The notes beneath the pieces are model-generated. The model did no database searches, was not told the origin of the DNA, and worked only from the letters and a program-made list of their open reading frames with translations. Below are positions 10,816 to 20,127 of a stretch of 64,000 nt of DNA, piece by piece. The stretch is from positions 1 through 64,000 of the forward strand of contig CAWJSK010000023.1 of NCBI GenBank assembly GCA_963845535.1, written 5' to 3'. How positions within the stretch are numbered: position 1 is the first letter of the stretch; each line of letters starts with the position of its first letter. This stretch comes from an uncultured Spirochaetota bacterium. GTDB taxonomy: Bacteria > Spirochaetota > Spirochaetia > SZUA-6 > Fen-1364. The position numbers were made by a program, and so were the translations under genes.

Positions 10816-12375
10816 CTATTGGCGCCGCGGCATGATGTACTGGGAGAAAACTTCCTCGAAATTATCCGTGAGCTTTCCCGGTGCCATGAGCTGCGCGGTC
10901 AGGTCGGTCTGGGCGGATTGGCCTGCCACGTAGTCCAGCCAGGTCCCTACCAGGTTGGCGGTGGTATCAGGCATCTGGCGTTCCGCGAGGAGCTTGAGGA
11001 GCAGGACCTGGTCATCCAGCACTATGGGCGCGGAGACCTGGTCCTTGCCGAGGGAGAACGCGCGGTAGAAGAAGTCATCACTGTAGACCGCGTTTGCCGG
11101 CGTGTCAGTCTGCGGCAAGGCCTGGAAAGGCACGAAAGAGAAGACGTTCTGGAGGTTGACGGGGAAGAAGTCGGTGCGCATCACTTTGAGGCCGGTCTGG
11201 GCAACGGCTTTTTCGAAACCGACCTCCGCGGCGCGACGTGACAGTTGCGTTGCCTGTTCGTTGAAGTAGTCCTCGATCTTGCCCTTCTCATATTTCGTCA
11301 GATATGCCTTCACGTCGTCAAGGACGCTGGGGTTGGAGAAATCCGGGTCAGTCGGCGCGGCGTCGCACCGATAGATCAGCCAGCCGTACGTTCCCTTCAA
11401 GACGTCGCTCACTTCTCCGGTTTTCAGGGAAAAGATCTGGTTTGCCGTGTCCTTGCTCTCGAAATCCGCCTGCAGGTCGTACGCGTAGCGCCATCCCATG
11501 TCCCCGCCGTTGTCGGCGAAAGCATCCTTCGAGTACGTCTTTGCAAGCTCCTCGAACGTGCTGACCTTGTCCGCGATCTTTTTCCTGATCTGCTCCGCAT
11601 CAGCCTGGGACGTCTTGATGAGTATCCTGCTCACCTTGATCTTGCGGAAGCGCGAGGCGTTGGCCTCAGCGTACTTCTTCACTTCCTGTTGCGGGAAGCT
11701 CGTGAAAGCGAAGCTCGTGAACTCCAAGCTCCGTTCCGGCTTGGCCATGGCTACGATGAAGCTCGATTCCTGTGAGCCCGACTTGACGCCGCTCAGGATG
11801 TCGTTGGCGATCTGGTTGGTCATCAGGCTCTCACGGTAGAGCTTGCGCGTGGCCGCCTTTTCCTGGCCGGTAGCCTTCTGATACCTTTCCTCGCTGAACT
11901 TACCGTTCTCATCCAGATAGCCAGGGTAGGAAACGAGGGCCTTGTCTATCGCGTCATCCGAAACGTGGAGGTCCGCGGTTTCCCCCAGGGTCAGCAGCGC
12001 TACGTGCATGGCCGTCTGCTGGTACGCCTGGTACCAGACCGCCTGCACCATGGCATCCGTGTTCTGCTGCTGCTGCGAGCTCTGCCGGACCTGCGCCGCA
12101 AGCCGGTCTCTCTGTTGAGCGAAGTACCCGCCCGGATAATAGGCGACATCATGCCCTTGGTAGGTGCCGAAAACGATGGTGCCCCCGCTGCCAATACTGC
12201 CGCGCGTGAGCGGACCGCCGGGCCCGGCCAGGACGAATGTGACGACGATGACGACAAGCACGATAATGGTGAACCCGTAGATGAAAGGATGGGTTTGATG
12301 TCTCTTCTCTATGGTTTCAGAGACGGTTCCAGCCTTCCTTGCCTGTTGCGCTCGTCTGATGTCTCGTGATGGCAT
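10816..12375 (-). CDS. membrane-anchored peptidyl-prolyl isomerase (PpiD/SurA-like, parvulin)
   Basis: N-terminal TM helix, SurA_N-like region, rotamase motif FEELAKTYSKD...GGDMGW...GEVS. Confidence 0.85.
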   Translation of the reverse strand: MPSRDIRRAQQARKAGTVSETIEKRHQTHPFIYGFTIIVLVVIVVTFVLAGPGGPLTRGSIGSGGTIVFGTYQGHDVAYYPGGYFAQQRDRLAAQVRQSSQQQQNTDAMVQAVWYQAYQQTAMHVALLTLGETADLHVSDDAIDKALVSYPGYLDENGKFSEERYQKATGQEKAATRKLYRESLMTNQIANDILSGVKSGSQESSFIVAMAKPERSLEFTSFAFTSFPQQEVKKYAEANASRFRKIKVSRILIKTSQADAEQIRKKIADKVSTFEELAKTYSKDAFADNGGDMGWRYAYDLQADFESKDTANQIFSLKTGEVSDVLKGTYGWLIYRCDAAPTDPDFSNPSVLDDVKAYLTKYEKGKIEDYFNEQATQLSRRAAEVGFEKAVAQTGLKVMRTDFFPVNLQNVFSFVPFQALPQTDTPANAVYSDDFFYRAFSLGKDQVSAPIVLDDQVLLLKLLAERQMPDTTANLVGTWLDYVAGQSAQTDLTAQLMAPGKLTDNFEEVFSQYIMPRRQ

Positions 12376-12516
12376 TGTCTTTTCCTGTATGGAGATTAGT
12401 CTCGACAGGAAAAATTACCACGCAGCGCGCGCGGGTGTCAATGCGGAAGGTCGCCCTAGCGCGCCCTCTTGCGCAGCGCCTCCGCGCCTCCTCCGCAAGC
12501 GGAGGACGCGCTAGGC

Positions 12517-12546
12517 TTGACAGTCCGCCGCGAGGGCTGATACATT
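12517..12546 (+). promoter_or_regulatory. sigma70-type promoter of tRNA-Asp
   Basis: TTGACA-N18-TACATT, 10 nt before the tRNA. Confidence 0.7.
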
Positions 12547-12556
12547 CGTTTTCAAC

Positions 12557-12630
12557 GGGGGCGTGGCGAAGCTGGTTATCGCGCTGGCCTGTCAAGCCGG
12601 AGGCCGCGGGTTCGAGTCCCGTCGCTCCCG
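12557..12630 (+). tRNA. tRNA-Asp (GTC)
   Basis: Cloverleaf: acceptor GGGGGCG/CGCTCCC, anticodon arm CTGGC-CTGTCAA-GCCGG, T-loop TTCGAGT. CCA not encoded. Confidence 0.97.
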
Positions 12631-12671
12631 CTCTTTTTTCTCCGTGTTTTTCCTATGTTTCTTGTGGGAGG

Positions 12672-12701
12672 TTGACAACCTGCCATTGCAGGACCTACAT
12701 T
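12672..12701 (+). promoter_or_regulatory. hicBA promoter with internal palindrome (possible HicB operator)
   Basis: TTGACA-N18-TACATT; the spacer contains CCTGC-catt-GCAGG. Confidence 0.55.
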
Positions 12702-12720
12702 GTCGATAATAAAGGACAGA

Positions 12721-12975
12721 ATGAGCGACCGTCCAGAATGTCATGGCGACTACCGAATCAGGCTCCTTGTCCGGGAACTTCCCGACCACGCTTGGCTGGC
12801 TACGTCTGAGAATCTACCCGGCCTAGTTGCAGAGGCCGATACGCGCGAAGAAGTCATAGAGGCGGCCCGCGAAGTTGCCAAAGCTCTTCTTGATTCATAT
12901 TGTGAGCGCGGAGATCCCCTTCCTGCCGGCATAAGGAAAGACCCCTCTCAAGTTGAAATTGAACTGGCCGTCTAG
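12721..12975 (+). CDS. hicB: HicB-family antitoxin (DUF1902-like)
   Basis: WLATSENLPGLVAEADTREEVIEAAREV pattern, adjacent to hicA. Confidence 0.85.
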   Translation: MSDRPECHGDYRIRLLVRELPDHAWLATSENLPGLVAEADTREEVIEAAREVAKALLDSYCERGDPLPAGIRKDPSQVEIELAV

Positions 12976-13199
12976 TGGGCCGCCTCAGCGGGTTCAATCA
13001 CCGAATGATTGTTTCTCGCCTCGGCAGGTTTGGCTTTGAGTTTGACCGTCAGGCGGGCGGCCATGAGGTTTGGTGGAATCAGAAGACTCGAAAACGCACT
13101 ACTATTCCGAATCATCCAGGCGATGTACGGGAAGGAACGCTAAGGGCTATTCTCCGCGAAGCGGGAATCACCCCGGAACAATTCCTGGACAGTCAATAG
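12975..13199 (+). CDS. hicA: HicA-family mRNA interferase toxin
   Basis: GF...RQAGGHE...TTIPNH.GD...GTLRAILREAG; translationally coupled to hicB. Confidence 0.92.
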   Translation: MGRLSGFNHRMIVSRLGRFGFEFDRQAGGHEVWWNQKTRKRTTIPNHPGDVREGTLRAILREAGITPEQFLDSQ

Positions 13200-13290
13200 G
13201 TGTCTGACCGTTTGTCTTTCGCTGTTATCATCGAAAAGGGAGAGGACAGCTTTTCGGCGTATGCGCCGCAACTACCGGCGTGCGTCACGA
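13200..13290 (+). pseudogene. truncated second HicB antitoxin
   Basis: FAVIIEKGEDSFSAYAPQLPACVT is a HicB N-terminus; similarity is lost after ~30 codons in all frames. Confidence 0.7.
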
Positions 13291-13512
13291 ACCGGCAAGC
13301 AGCCGCTCCGCGCCGGCTTCTTCCACGACCGCGACGCAGCTTGTCTCAGCCGGCGTCCGGAAACCAACTCGCCCGTGGGCTGGCTGCGGTGAAGTGCGGT
13401 TCGCCGGTGGGCTGGCCCAGCATGATGATGAGGTGGGGCGGCCCCGGGGTAGGCGCAGAAGGGCAGCACCTGCCGCGTAGGCACAAGGCCGCGAGCCCCG
13501 CGGGAGAGTGCT

Positions 13513-14529
13513 TTACTCCCCCGTTTCCATTCGCACTGGTTCGAATACCTGAAGGGGGATCGAGGCTCCATTGGCAAGGAGCACGAATTGCTTATTCCCC
13601 TTGAACACGTAGAACTGGCCGAGAAGACGTTGTCCTTCCATGGGCATCTCGTCCTTCGCCTTGACGGCGATTCGGAAATAGGATCCGCCCTGATTGAAGG
13701 AATAGATCTCCCACTGAACGCCGTGGTCGTCGAGGACCTGGTCCATCTGCCACAGGCTGTCGAGCGCCTCGTCAGCCGGTGAAAGCTTCGTCCAAAACAC
13801 CTGATTCAGCCCGGCTTTCAGAGATCCGTTTCTCTGTGCGTCATTCAGGAAGCGGGCAAGTCCGAATGTCTTATTGAGGCCGGCATACCCGGCTTTTTTG
13901 GCAGCCGCGTCTATCTTTTCGAGCCGTGACGCGTGCGCCTCTTGCTCTGCTCTCTGTTGCTCTTCCTCGGTCTGTTGCTGCGCTGCAACTGCTGCCTGTT
14001 GTCGCTCGGCTGCTGCCTGCTCCTCCTGTGCCTGACGTTCTTCCTCCGCCTTTTGATCCGCTATTCTTTTGGCTTGCGCCGCCTCGATGCTTTTCTTTGC
14101 ATCGGCGAGATCTGAATTGGCTTCCTTGGGAATAGTATTCAATTGATCTCTAAGAGGATTGCTGATCGAAAGGTGAGTCAGAGCGGTGAGACTCGCCCAT
14201 GCCGAATTCAGTTTCGAGGATGAAGCATTCAGAGAAGTCATATCTTCTGTAGCCATGCTTGATTCCTGGAACCGTTTATATTCATTCCGAAATGCAGCCG
14301 CAAAGAAGAGGACATCATAGACCCGTCCATATTCCAAATACCTATGCGGACCATCGCTTCCAAGATCGCTGGCAAGATGGCGACTGCCGATGTCGTCCAG
14401 CTTGATTTTGGCTCCCGCTAAATCGCCTTGGAGAAGAAGAGAATCGATATCGTTGAAGATGTTTGCGTTCTGAGTGAAAACCGGGACCACGATCAAGATC
14501 GATAGCAAAGAGGCCATTATCCATTTCAT
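13513..14529 (-). CDS. hypothetical exported protein with central coiled coil
   Basis: ATG at 14529 preceded by AGGAGA, signal peptide MKWIMASLLSILIVVPVF, E/Q/A-rich helix; visibly lower GC than the flanks. Confidence 0.75.
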   Translation of the reverse strand: MKWIMASLLSILIVVPVFTQNANIFNDIDSLLLQGDLAGAKIKLDDIGSRHLASDLGSDGPHRYLEYGRVYDVLFFAAAFRNEYKRFQESSMATEDMTSLNASSSKLNSAWASLTALTHLSISNPLRDQLNTIPKEANSDLADAKKSIEAAQAKRIADQKAEEERQAQEEQAAAERQQAAVAAQQQTEEEQQRAEQEAHASRLEKIDAAAKKAGYAGLNKTFGLARFLNDAQRNGSLKAGLNQVFWTKLSPADEALDSLWQMDQVLDDHGVQWEIYSFNQGGSYFRIAVKAKDEMPMEGQRLLGQFYVFKGNKQFVLLANGASIPLQVFEPVRMETGE

Positions 14530-14772
14530 CCTTTTCTCCTTACAGTTTTTTGATGGTATCCGACTCCCACAATAAGTCAATTCGGTCTGAAAAGGATCGT
14601 CTTCGGGAGATAGAAATCCAGGAGGGCAGCAAGAAAGCGGGCTCTCCCGCCATCCTGGAGTCAGCCCGGGCAATCCGATCTTTGCTCTCCCTTGGGAGGA
14701 AATCGCAAGGCAACGCGCCCATGTTCACCCCGTCGGGCCGGGCGTCGCCGCCGAACTGTGTAGCCAATACCG

Positions 14773-14802
14773 TTGACACTATCCGGGAAACATGGCTACT
14801 AT
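14773..14802 (+). promoter_or_regulatory. sigma70-type promoter facing the right att repeat and tRNA-Pro
   Basis: TTGACA-N18-TACTAT, bracketed by the inverted repeat GTAGCCA(14760)…TGGCTAC(14793). Confidence 0.6.
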
Positions 14803-14804
14803 AG

Positions 14805-14884
14805 ACGGCAAGTACTGGCAAGGAAGGGAAGGTCAGGTCGTTACAGAATCGGGAGTTGCCAGCGAAACGGCAAAAACTGGCAAG
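14805..14884. repeat. putative integrase arm-type repeats
   Basis: ACGGCAAGTACTGGCAAG (14805-14822) and ACGGCAAAAACTGGCAAG (14867-14884), plus an inverted TTGCCAG at 14856, just inside the right att repeat. Confidence 0.6.
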
Positions 14885-15017
14885 ACTCGACGGGGTTTTG
14901 TGTTAGGTTCAAGTCCCGTCGCTCCCGCTCTTTTTTTCATCGAAAACGATTTGTTCGCGGGTAGAAGCGCGGCGAGCGTAAATGAGTTCGCGCCGCGGCG
15001 GAAGCAGAAATGTGCTT

Positions 15018-15090
15018 CGGGCTGTAGCGCAGTTGGTAGCGCGTTCGGTTCGGGACCGAAAGGTCGCTGGTTCAAATCCAGTCAGCCCGA
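15018..15090 (+). tRNA. tRNA-Pro (CGG)
   Basis: Acceptor CGGGCTG/CAGCCCG, anticodon arm TTCGG-TTCGGGA-CCGAA, T-loop TTCAAAT. Confidence 0.97.
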
Positions 15091-15097
15091 CCTAATG

Positions 15098-15136
15098 GCC
15101 GATCTTGTAAGGAATTACAAGGTCGGTTCTTTTTTT
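15098..15136 (+). terminator. intrinsic terminator after tRNA-Pro
   Basis: GCCGATCTTGTAA-GGAA-TTACAAGGTCGGT followed by a T-run. Confidence 0.85.
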
Positions 15137-15299
15137 ATGCGTTGCCATTCTTATCAGCGCTAGGCGCGACGTCGCGGCAATCGGCCGCTAGCGCCTCACA
15201 CGCTGCAGGAGTTGATAAGTTTCTTGGCAATCCAACAGTTCAATTGAAAACGCGAGCCCTGATTGAGGATTCGACCGGCTTGCTATCAAGGGGGTTCGC

Positions 15300-15577
15300 A
15301 TGGGGAAACTCACGCAGATCCTGGTCAAGAGCAAAGATTGCACCTGAATGGCAACTCGTTCCGCGTGGATGTGATGGTTCTCAGGGAGCAGCGGCGTCCA
15401 GCTTCCCTCACCGCCTGTTCACTTCCTGGCCGGCTCAGCGGAGGCCGCGCGCGAGCTCGTCATCGGATACTACAAGGGCTTGCGGAGGAGATGAAGCTGG
15501 ACATTCTGGTTACCAAGCTCGTGGCGTGCTCAGAAAGTCCCGAGCGCGGAGCCTTGCCACACTCGAACCCCGCTTGA
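15300..15577 (+). pseudogene. possible degraded ACT-domain gene
   Basis: RBS plus MGKLTQILVKSKD then a stop; another frame continues LNGNSFRVDVMVL…LQGLAEEMKLDILVT. Weak ACT-like pattern only. Confidence 0.25.
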
Positions 15578-15603
15578 TAGAATTATCTATGCGGAGGTCG
15601 TAG

Positions 15604-16011
15604 ATGTTCAAGGGCAAGTTGTCGGACGCCATACTCGCATCGTTGCTTGAAACCTTGCCGGTGGAGTTTTCCATCGTCGACGCTGAAGACAAGGTCGTCG
15701 CCTGGAATCGGCACGAGAGCCGGGTGTTTCGGCGTTCCGAGAACGTAATGGGACGCGATGTACGGGCATGTCACCCGAAAAATAGTCTCGCGAAGGTAGA
15801 GACGATTATCTCTGAGATGAAAAGCGGGGCACGAGAGACGGCCGAGTTTTGGATCGACTTGAAGATCGACGGCTCCGCGGACCCGGAAAAGGTATTGATC
15901 CAATATTTTGCTCTTCGCGACAGTACAGGGAAATATCTCGGCTGCCTGGAATGTTCGCAGAAGATTGGCCACATCCAATCCTTGCAAGGACAAAAACGGC
16001 TAGTCGATTAA
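15604..16011 (+). CDS. stand-alone PAS-domain protein (PAS_10/DUF438-like)
   Basis: LETLPVEFSIVD..D.V..WN...RVFRR....MGRDVRACHP, FW, YFALRD..GKYLGCLE; GGAGG RBS. Confidence 0.85.
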   Translation: MFKGKLSDAILASLLETLPVEFSIVDAEDKVVAWNRHESRVFRRSENVMGRDVRACHPKNSLAKVETIISEMKSGARETAEFWIDLKIDGSADPEKVLIQYFALRDSTGKYLGCLECSQKIGHIQSLQGQKRLVD

Positions 16012-16090
16012 CACGACGTCGAGCCTTACATATAAGAGGGTTATCCAGAAGGGCGCGCAAGCGTCTTTTCAGCCCGACTTGTCTCCCATT

Positions 16091-16645
16091 TCACGGCTCC
16101 GCTCCAATCGCCTCCAGCCGAGGCCAAATCCCCTTGTGCTTGTCTCTGGCCTGCTTCTCATACATTTCGAACTCTGATCGAAACTGGAATGCGACCTCCG
16201 GAGAAGCCACGCGCGCCAACCCGTTTCGAACCAATTCGAAATTGACGCAGGTCCCCTCTTTCGGCAGGTAAACGTACGCAAGGAGCGCGCCGAGTGCGCT
16301 CCGCATCGTTGAATCGAAAGCCAGGAGGACGTCCTTTCCCAGCACTTCCTTTACGAGGTACCGGCTCGCCTCGGCCGGAAAGGGGTCCGTGAGGTCTCCC
16401 AGGAGAAGCACTCTCTCCCGGGATGTGATCCCGGCGGGCGGGTGAGGGATGGAGACCTCCAGTGTCCCAGCTTGCAGGTACGCAAAGACATGGGCCGGAA
16501 GCATGAGCGAAAGGTCCGCGTCGTAGCAGCTACCAATCCCCGCCTGGTCCACGCGGTAGAGCGACGTGACGTCCGCCGCGGCTGGAAGGCCCGCGGTTGC
16601 CAGGATTGCCGCGGCGAGGCACGCAGGGCAAAGGCGGGAGCTCAC
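16091..16645 (-). CDS. thermonuclease (SNase)-like exported protein, catalytic motifs degenerate
   Basis: G.LLAYVY...VNFELVRNGLA...E.QAR..HKGIW; signal peptide; start codon uncertain. Confidence 0.75.
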   Translation of the reverse strand: MSSRLCPACLAAAILATAGLPAAADVTSLYRVDQAGIGSCYDADLSLMLPAHVFAYLQAGTLEVSIPHPPAGITSRERVLLLGDLTDPFPAEASRYLVKEVLGKDVLLAFDSTMRSALGALLAYVYLPKEGTCVNFELVRNGLARVASPEVAFQFRSEFEMYEKQARDKHKGIWPRLEAIGAEP

Positions 16646-16646
16646 G

Positions 16647-17903
16647 TCACATTTCCAGGGGTGGCGGAGGGGCGCCACCCTCCCATACCCCTTCATACAC
16701 AGGATCAAACGGCTTCCCGTACAGGTATTCGAAGAGGAACGTGAAATCAGCGGGCTCGATCCGGAGGAAAAGAACGCCGAAGTAGTTGTTCTCCGCGTCT
16801 TTGAACTTCCTCATGACCCTGGCCCCTACCTTGAAAACGCGCCTTCCGATCCTCATGGTCAAGTCGAGATCCGTGTGCACCAGCAACTCACGCACGAGGT
16901 CTCCCGAGTTATGAGCAAAGAGTATTCCCGAAGCGCTCATGTCGATGACGGGAGCTTCGTAGCGTCTCTCGGAAACGTTTTCTGCCTTGAAGTAGCCGTT
17001 CGTGACGAGGGAGTAGCAGAGCATGCGGCCGAACTGCCACGTGTACTCGACGAGGTCCTTCCCGATGCGGTTTTTCGGCTCCCCGGTATTCACGAGGTGG
17101 AGATAGCCGACAACGTACTCGTTGTAGAGGATGGGGCACCAGAGCTCGGAGACGATCCCCTTCTTGGCTTTCTCATAGAGGATGTTTCCCAGCCTCCCGG
17201 TAATGACAAACGGCTGGGCCCCGCTTTCCTCCTCGAGGCGAATGAGCGCGCCTTTGGTGATCACGCGCTCATCGGGGAAAGGGTCCTTGGAGGGGAAATC
17301 TTCCTCCGTGGAAGGTATCCAGAGGCACTGTCCCAACCGGACCATGACTCTTTCTTCCCAGGCGCGCGGGAGCCGATCACGCATCATGACGATCCTGCTG
17401 TCCGATGTGAGAGGCGACATTTTCTCCCGGAACGCCTTGACCAGCTCCTGGATCCGCCTGGCATCAAACGTCGCGGAGGCCTCCGGAGGCTCCACCTCGC
17501 TGAAGCGTTCCGACTTCGGGAAATTGAGCTCGATCTTGGTGCCTCTCAGGCTGAACGAGACATTCAGGTCTTCCGAGGGTTTCACACGCTCGTATTTTCT
17601 TTGAAGGTTCTTGTAGACGCCCCGCGGATGCTGGACGGCTATCTTCTCCGCGCTGGCCTCGATCAGCTTCGCCGAGAAAGTATGGTAGTTGTTCTTCAGG
17701 TAGAAGAAGACGCGGATCTCCTCACCGACCTGGAAACTCGGCAGCCGGCCTTCGAGGGGGACCATTTCCAGGCGTTCGTCACTGACGTGCGAGAAGCGGC
17801 AATGCGCTTCCTTGCCCATTCCATGCACGTCACACGGCGCAGCATCGTCTATCAACGCCTTGAAGACGAACTCTTTCTCGATCCGTCCTACTTGTGTCCC
17901 CAT
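16647..17903 (-). CDS. PilZ-domain c-di-GMP-binding protein (spirochaete DUF1577-type)
   Basis: RxxxR (QRKYER) after an N-terminal beta domain, a GAF-like middle and C-terminal DMSASG PilZ motif. Confidence 0.8.
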   Translation of the reverse strand: MGTQVGRIEKEFVFKALIDDAAPCDVHGMGKEAHCRFSHVSDERLEMVPLEGRLPSFQVGEEIRVFFYLKNNYHTFSAKLIEASAEKIAVQHPRGVYKNLQRKYERVKPSEDLNVSFSLRGTKIELNFPKSERFSEVEPPEASATFDARRIQELVKAFREKMSPLTSDSRIVMMRDRLPRAWEERVMVRLGQCLWIPSTEEDFPSKDPFPDERVITKGALIRLEEESGAQPFVITGRLGNILYEKAKKGIVSELWCPILYNEYVVGYLHLVNTGEPKNRIGKDLVEYTWQFGRMLCYSLVTNGYFKAENVSERRYEAPVIDMSASGILFAHNSGDLVRELLVHTDLDLTMRIGRRVFKVGARVMRKFKDAENNYFGVLFLRIEPADFTFLFEYLYGKPFDPVYEGVWEGGAPPPPLEM

Positions 17904-17906
17904 GAG

Positions 17907-18775
17907 CTACTCCTCCAGCATCCATCGGTAGGAAGAGGGGAAAAAACGCTCCTTGGGCTTCACCTGCTTCACTTGCAGGTCATCCATGCTGATCTGGAGG
18001 TCCGTCACGAGCCAGTGTTCACCGGTCTGCGCGAGGGATATCTCCCCCTCGCTCGTCCCGACAGGGCCGAACAGGCGGAGGCTCGCCGTGATCTCTCCGC
18101 TTTCGTGTTTCTTGGGCGCGCCGAGCCGATAGGAGCGGGGAACGTCCCCGCGCTGGATGCCGAAATCCAGCATGTCGGACACGCGGTTTTCGGACCCAGG
18201 GTCCAGCAGCCCGCATCCACTTTTCCCGCCACCAGGCGGCCCAGGAACGAAGCCGCTGCTGTCATGGCTTGCCGCTCATCCGAGTCCCCTGCGCGCGCAT
18301 CTCCCATCTGGCCTATCTTGAAGTCCTCGGGGAGTATCCGCGAGTCACGGCCCAGCGTGAGAAGCGACGTCACGTCGGTGTTCTGCCGCGGAACCACGGC
18401 GGCCGCTGGGACTGCCTCGTCTCCGGCAACGGCAATTGTCTGCTTCGGGCTGCCGGCGCCGGGAGCGGTTCCCGCGGGCGTAGCGGTTCCTGCGGGAATG
18501 GCGGTCCCCGCGGGGGTAACCGCCCCCGCGGGCGTAACCGTCCCCCCGGGCGTGACTGCGCCAGCTCCCGTTGCCGGTGCGCCGGCGGCGGGAGAGCCCG
18601 TTGGGAAAATGCCCGACAGCCACGCGGCCGTCGGGAGCGCCTGGTTCGTCTGAGACGAAGTCATGCCGGTCTGGGAGCCCGGTTGCGTTCCGGGGGAGGT
18701 TCGCGGCGATTTTGTGCAGCTCGCCGGTGCCAGGAGAACGATGAGGGCCGCCATGCCGCCCAGCCACTTTCTCAC
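17907..18775 (-). CDS. hypothetical lipoprotein with (T/V)PAG low-complexity repeats (frameshift near 18210)
   Basis: Lipobox-like PASC and TPAG repeats. One extra G in the GGG run joins ORF 18005-18775 to 17907-18182 (…DAGLLDPGSENRVSDML…). Confidence 0.7.
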
Positions 18776-18832
18776 GATTTCCTTGTACCAGAAGCTCGAC
18801 CGTTCGTCAAATATCGTTTATCGTCGTATTTC

Positions 18833-20127
18833 ATGGGCGAAAGGGAAAAGGTCCTTGATCACCTCCACAACGACTACACGGAGCCCGTGAGGGATCCCGT
18901 CTGGAAGCACATCCGGATATCACGACCCCTTCTTCGCGTGGCGGAGCATGCGCAGTTCCAGAAACTGGACCGCATCCGGCAGCTCGGACCCGCCTACCTC
19001 GTGTATCCGGGCGCCACTCATACCCGGCGCAGCCACTCTCTCGGCGTCTTCCACGTGGCCCGACTGATGATGACAAGCCTGTCACGGCGCGGGACGGACG
19101 CGCCCATCACGCTGGCAGGCGTGAAATCGTTCCTCTGCGCCTGCCTCTTGCACGACATCGGCCATTATCCCTTTGCGCATTCCCTGAAGGACCTCGCCGT
19201 CGAGGCCCATGAGGAGATCGCGGCGCGGGAGATCACAGGCGCTCTCTCCGCAGTGATCAGGACTGAGCTGGGTGTGGATCCTGCTTTCGTGGCCGCCATC
19301 ATAAGCCGCGGTGCTTCGCCCCCGGGCATGCCTGATGTCGATTTCTACCAAAGAATACTGTCCGGCGTCCTGGACCCTGACAAGCTCGATTACCTCAACC
19401 GCGACGCCTATTTCTGCGGCGTTCCCTACGGGATCCAGGACGTGGATTTCATCCTCGAGGAGATATTCCCGGACAAGAACACGGGGGTTGCGATCAGCCC
19501 GAAAGGGATTACAGCCCTGGAGGATATCCTTTTTTCGAAATACCTCATGTACAAGACCGTTTATTGGCACAAGACGGTGCGGATTGCCACGGCAATGATC
19601 AAAAAGGCGGTGGCCATGGGTCTTGCGGACGGCGCCATCACCCGTAGTGATCTCTACGGCCTGGATGATGAAGAGTTTTTCGCGCACTTCTCTTCGTCCC
19701 GCTATCCGGCCTTCGGGCTCATTGAGCGGGTACGGCGGCGCGAGCTGCACCGCCAGGTGTGGCGGGTCCCTTTCCGGGAGCAAGAGGCATCGCATCAGCG
19801 CATTGAAGACATTGGGCAAAGGCTGCTCGCGGAGGAAAGGATTGCCCGCGAGGTTGGGGCCATCGCGGGAAAGCGCGTCCCGGCGGAAGACATCGTCCTG
19901 GACGTCCCGGAGCGCGTTTCATTCGATTTCGACGTGCCGGTCGTGGAGCCCGGCTCTGGGCGGACGCTGGACGCGCATGGCGCCCAGGCCCGGTCATCCG
20001 TGTTCTCGGGCATGGGCGGCGATGATTTGCCCCGATCAATCCGTTATATTTCAGTCAGCGCACGCCGTGACGAGGCGCTGATGGCGGCGCTGGAAAGACT
20101 GGATATCGGGGGGATCATTGCCAATGA
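18833..20127 (+). CDS. HD-superfamily phosphohydrolase (dNTPase/SAMHD1-like)
   Basis: VRDPVW..I, FQKL.RIRQLG, HTR..HSLGV, LLHDIGHYPFAH, DPDKLDYLNRD. As read it runs to 20341; one more G at 20108-20113 ends it at an ATGA overlap with ttcA. Confidence 0.88.

Larger units (their letters stand above)
12609..14936. mobile_element. small genomic islet / degenerate integrative element at the tRNA-Asp 3' end
   Basis: 31-bp direct repeat GGTTC(G/A)AGTCCCGTCGCTCCCGCTCTTTTTT at 12609-12639 and 14906-14936. Encloses a toxin-antitoxin module and an orphan gene; no integrase. Confidence 0.8.

Noticed and set aside
13290..13512. Integrase or transposase remnant inside the islet
   Set aside because: I found no recognisable recombinase motif in the frames I translated.
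14906..14936. Second tRNA-Asp gene
   Set aside because: Only the T-arm and 3' acceptor strand are present. It is an att-type repeat.
18470..18560. 18-bp periodic repeat as a non-coding array
   Set aside because: It is in frame within the lipoprotein and encodes a (T/V)PAG low-complexity linker.
16566..18653. 695-aa plus-strand ORF, and similar long antisense ORFs such as 7237-8886, 1260-2474 and 51699-52733
   Set aside because: These are shadow ORFs opposite well-supported genes, expected at high GC, with no motifs of their own.
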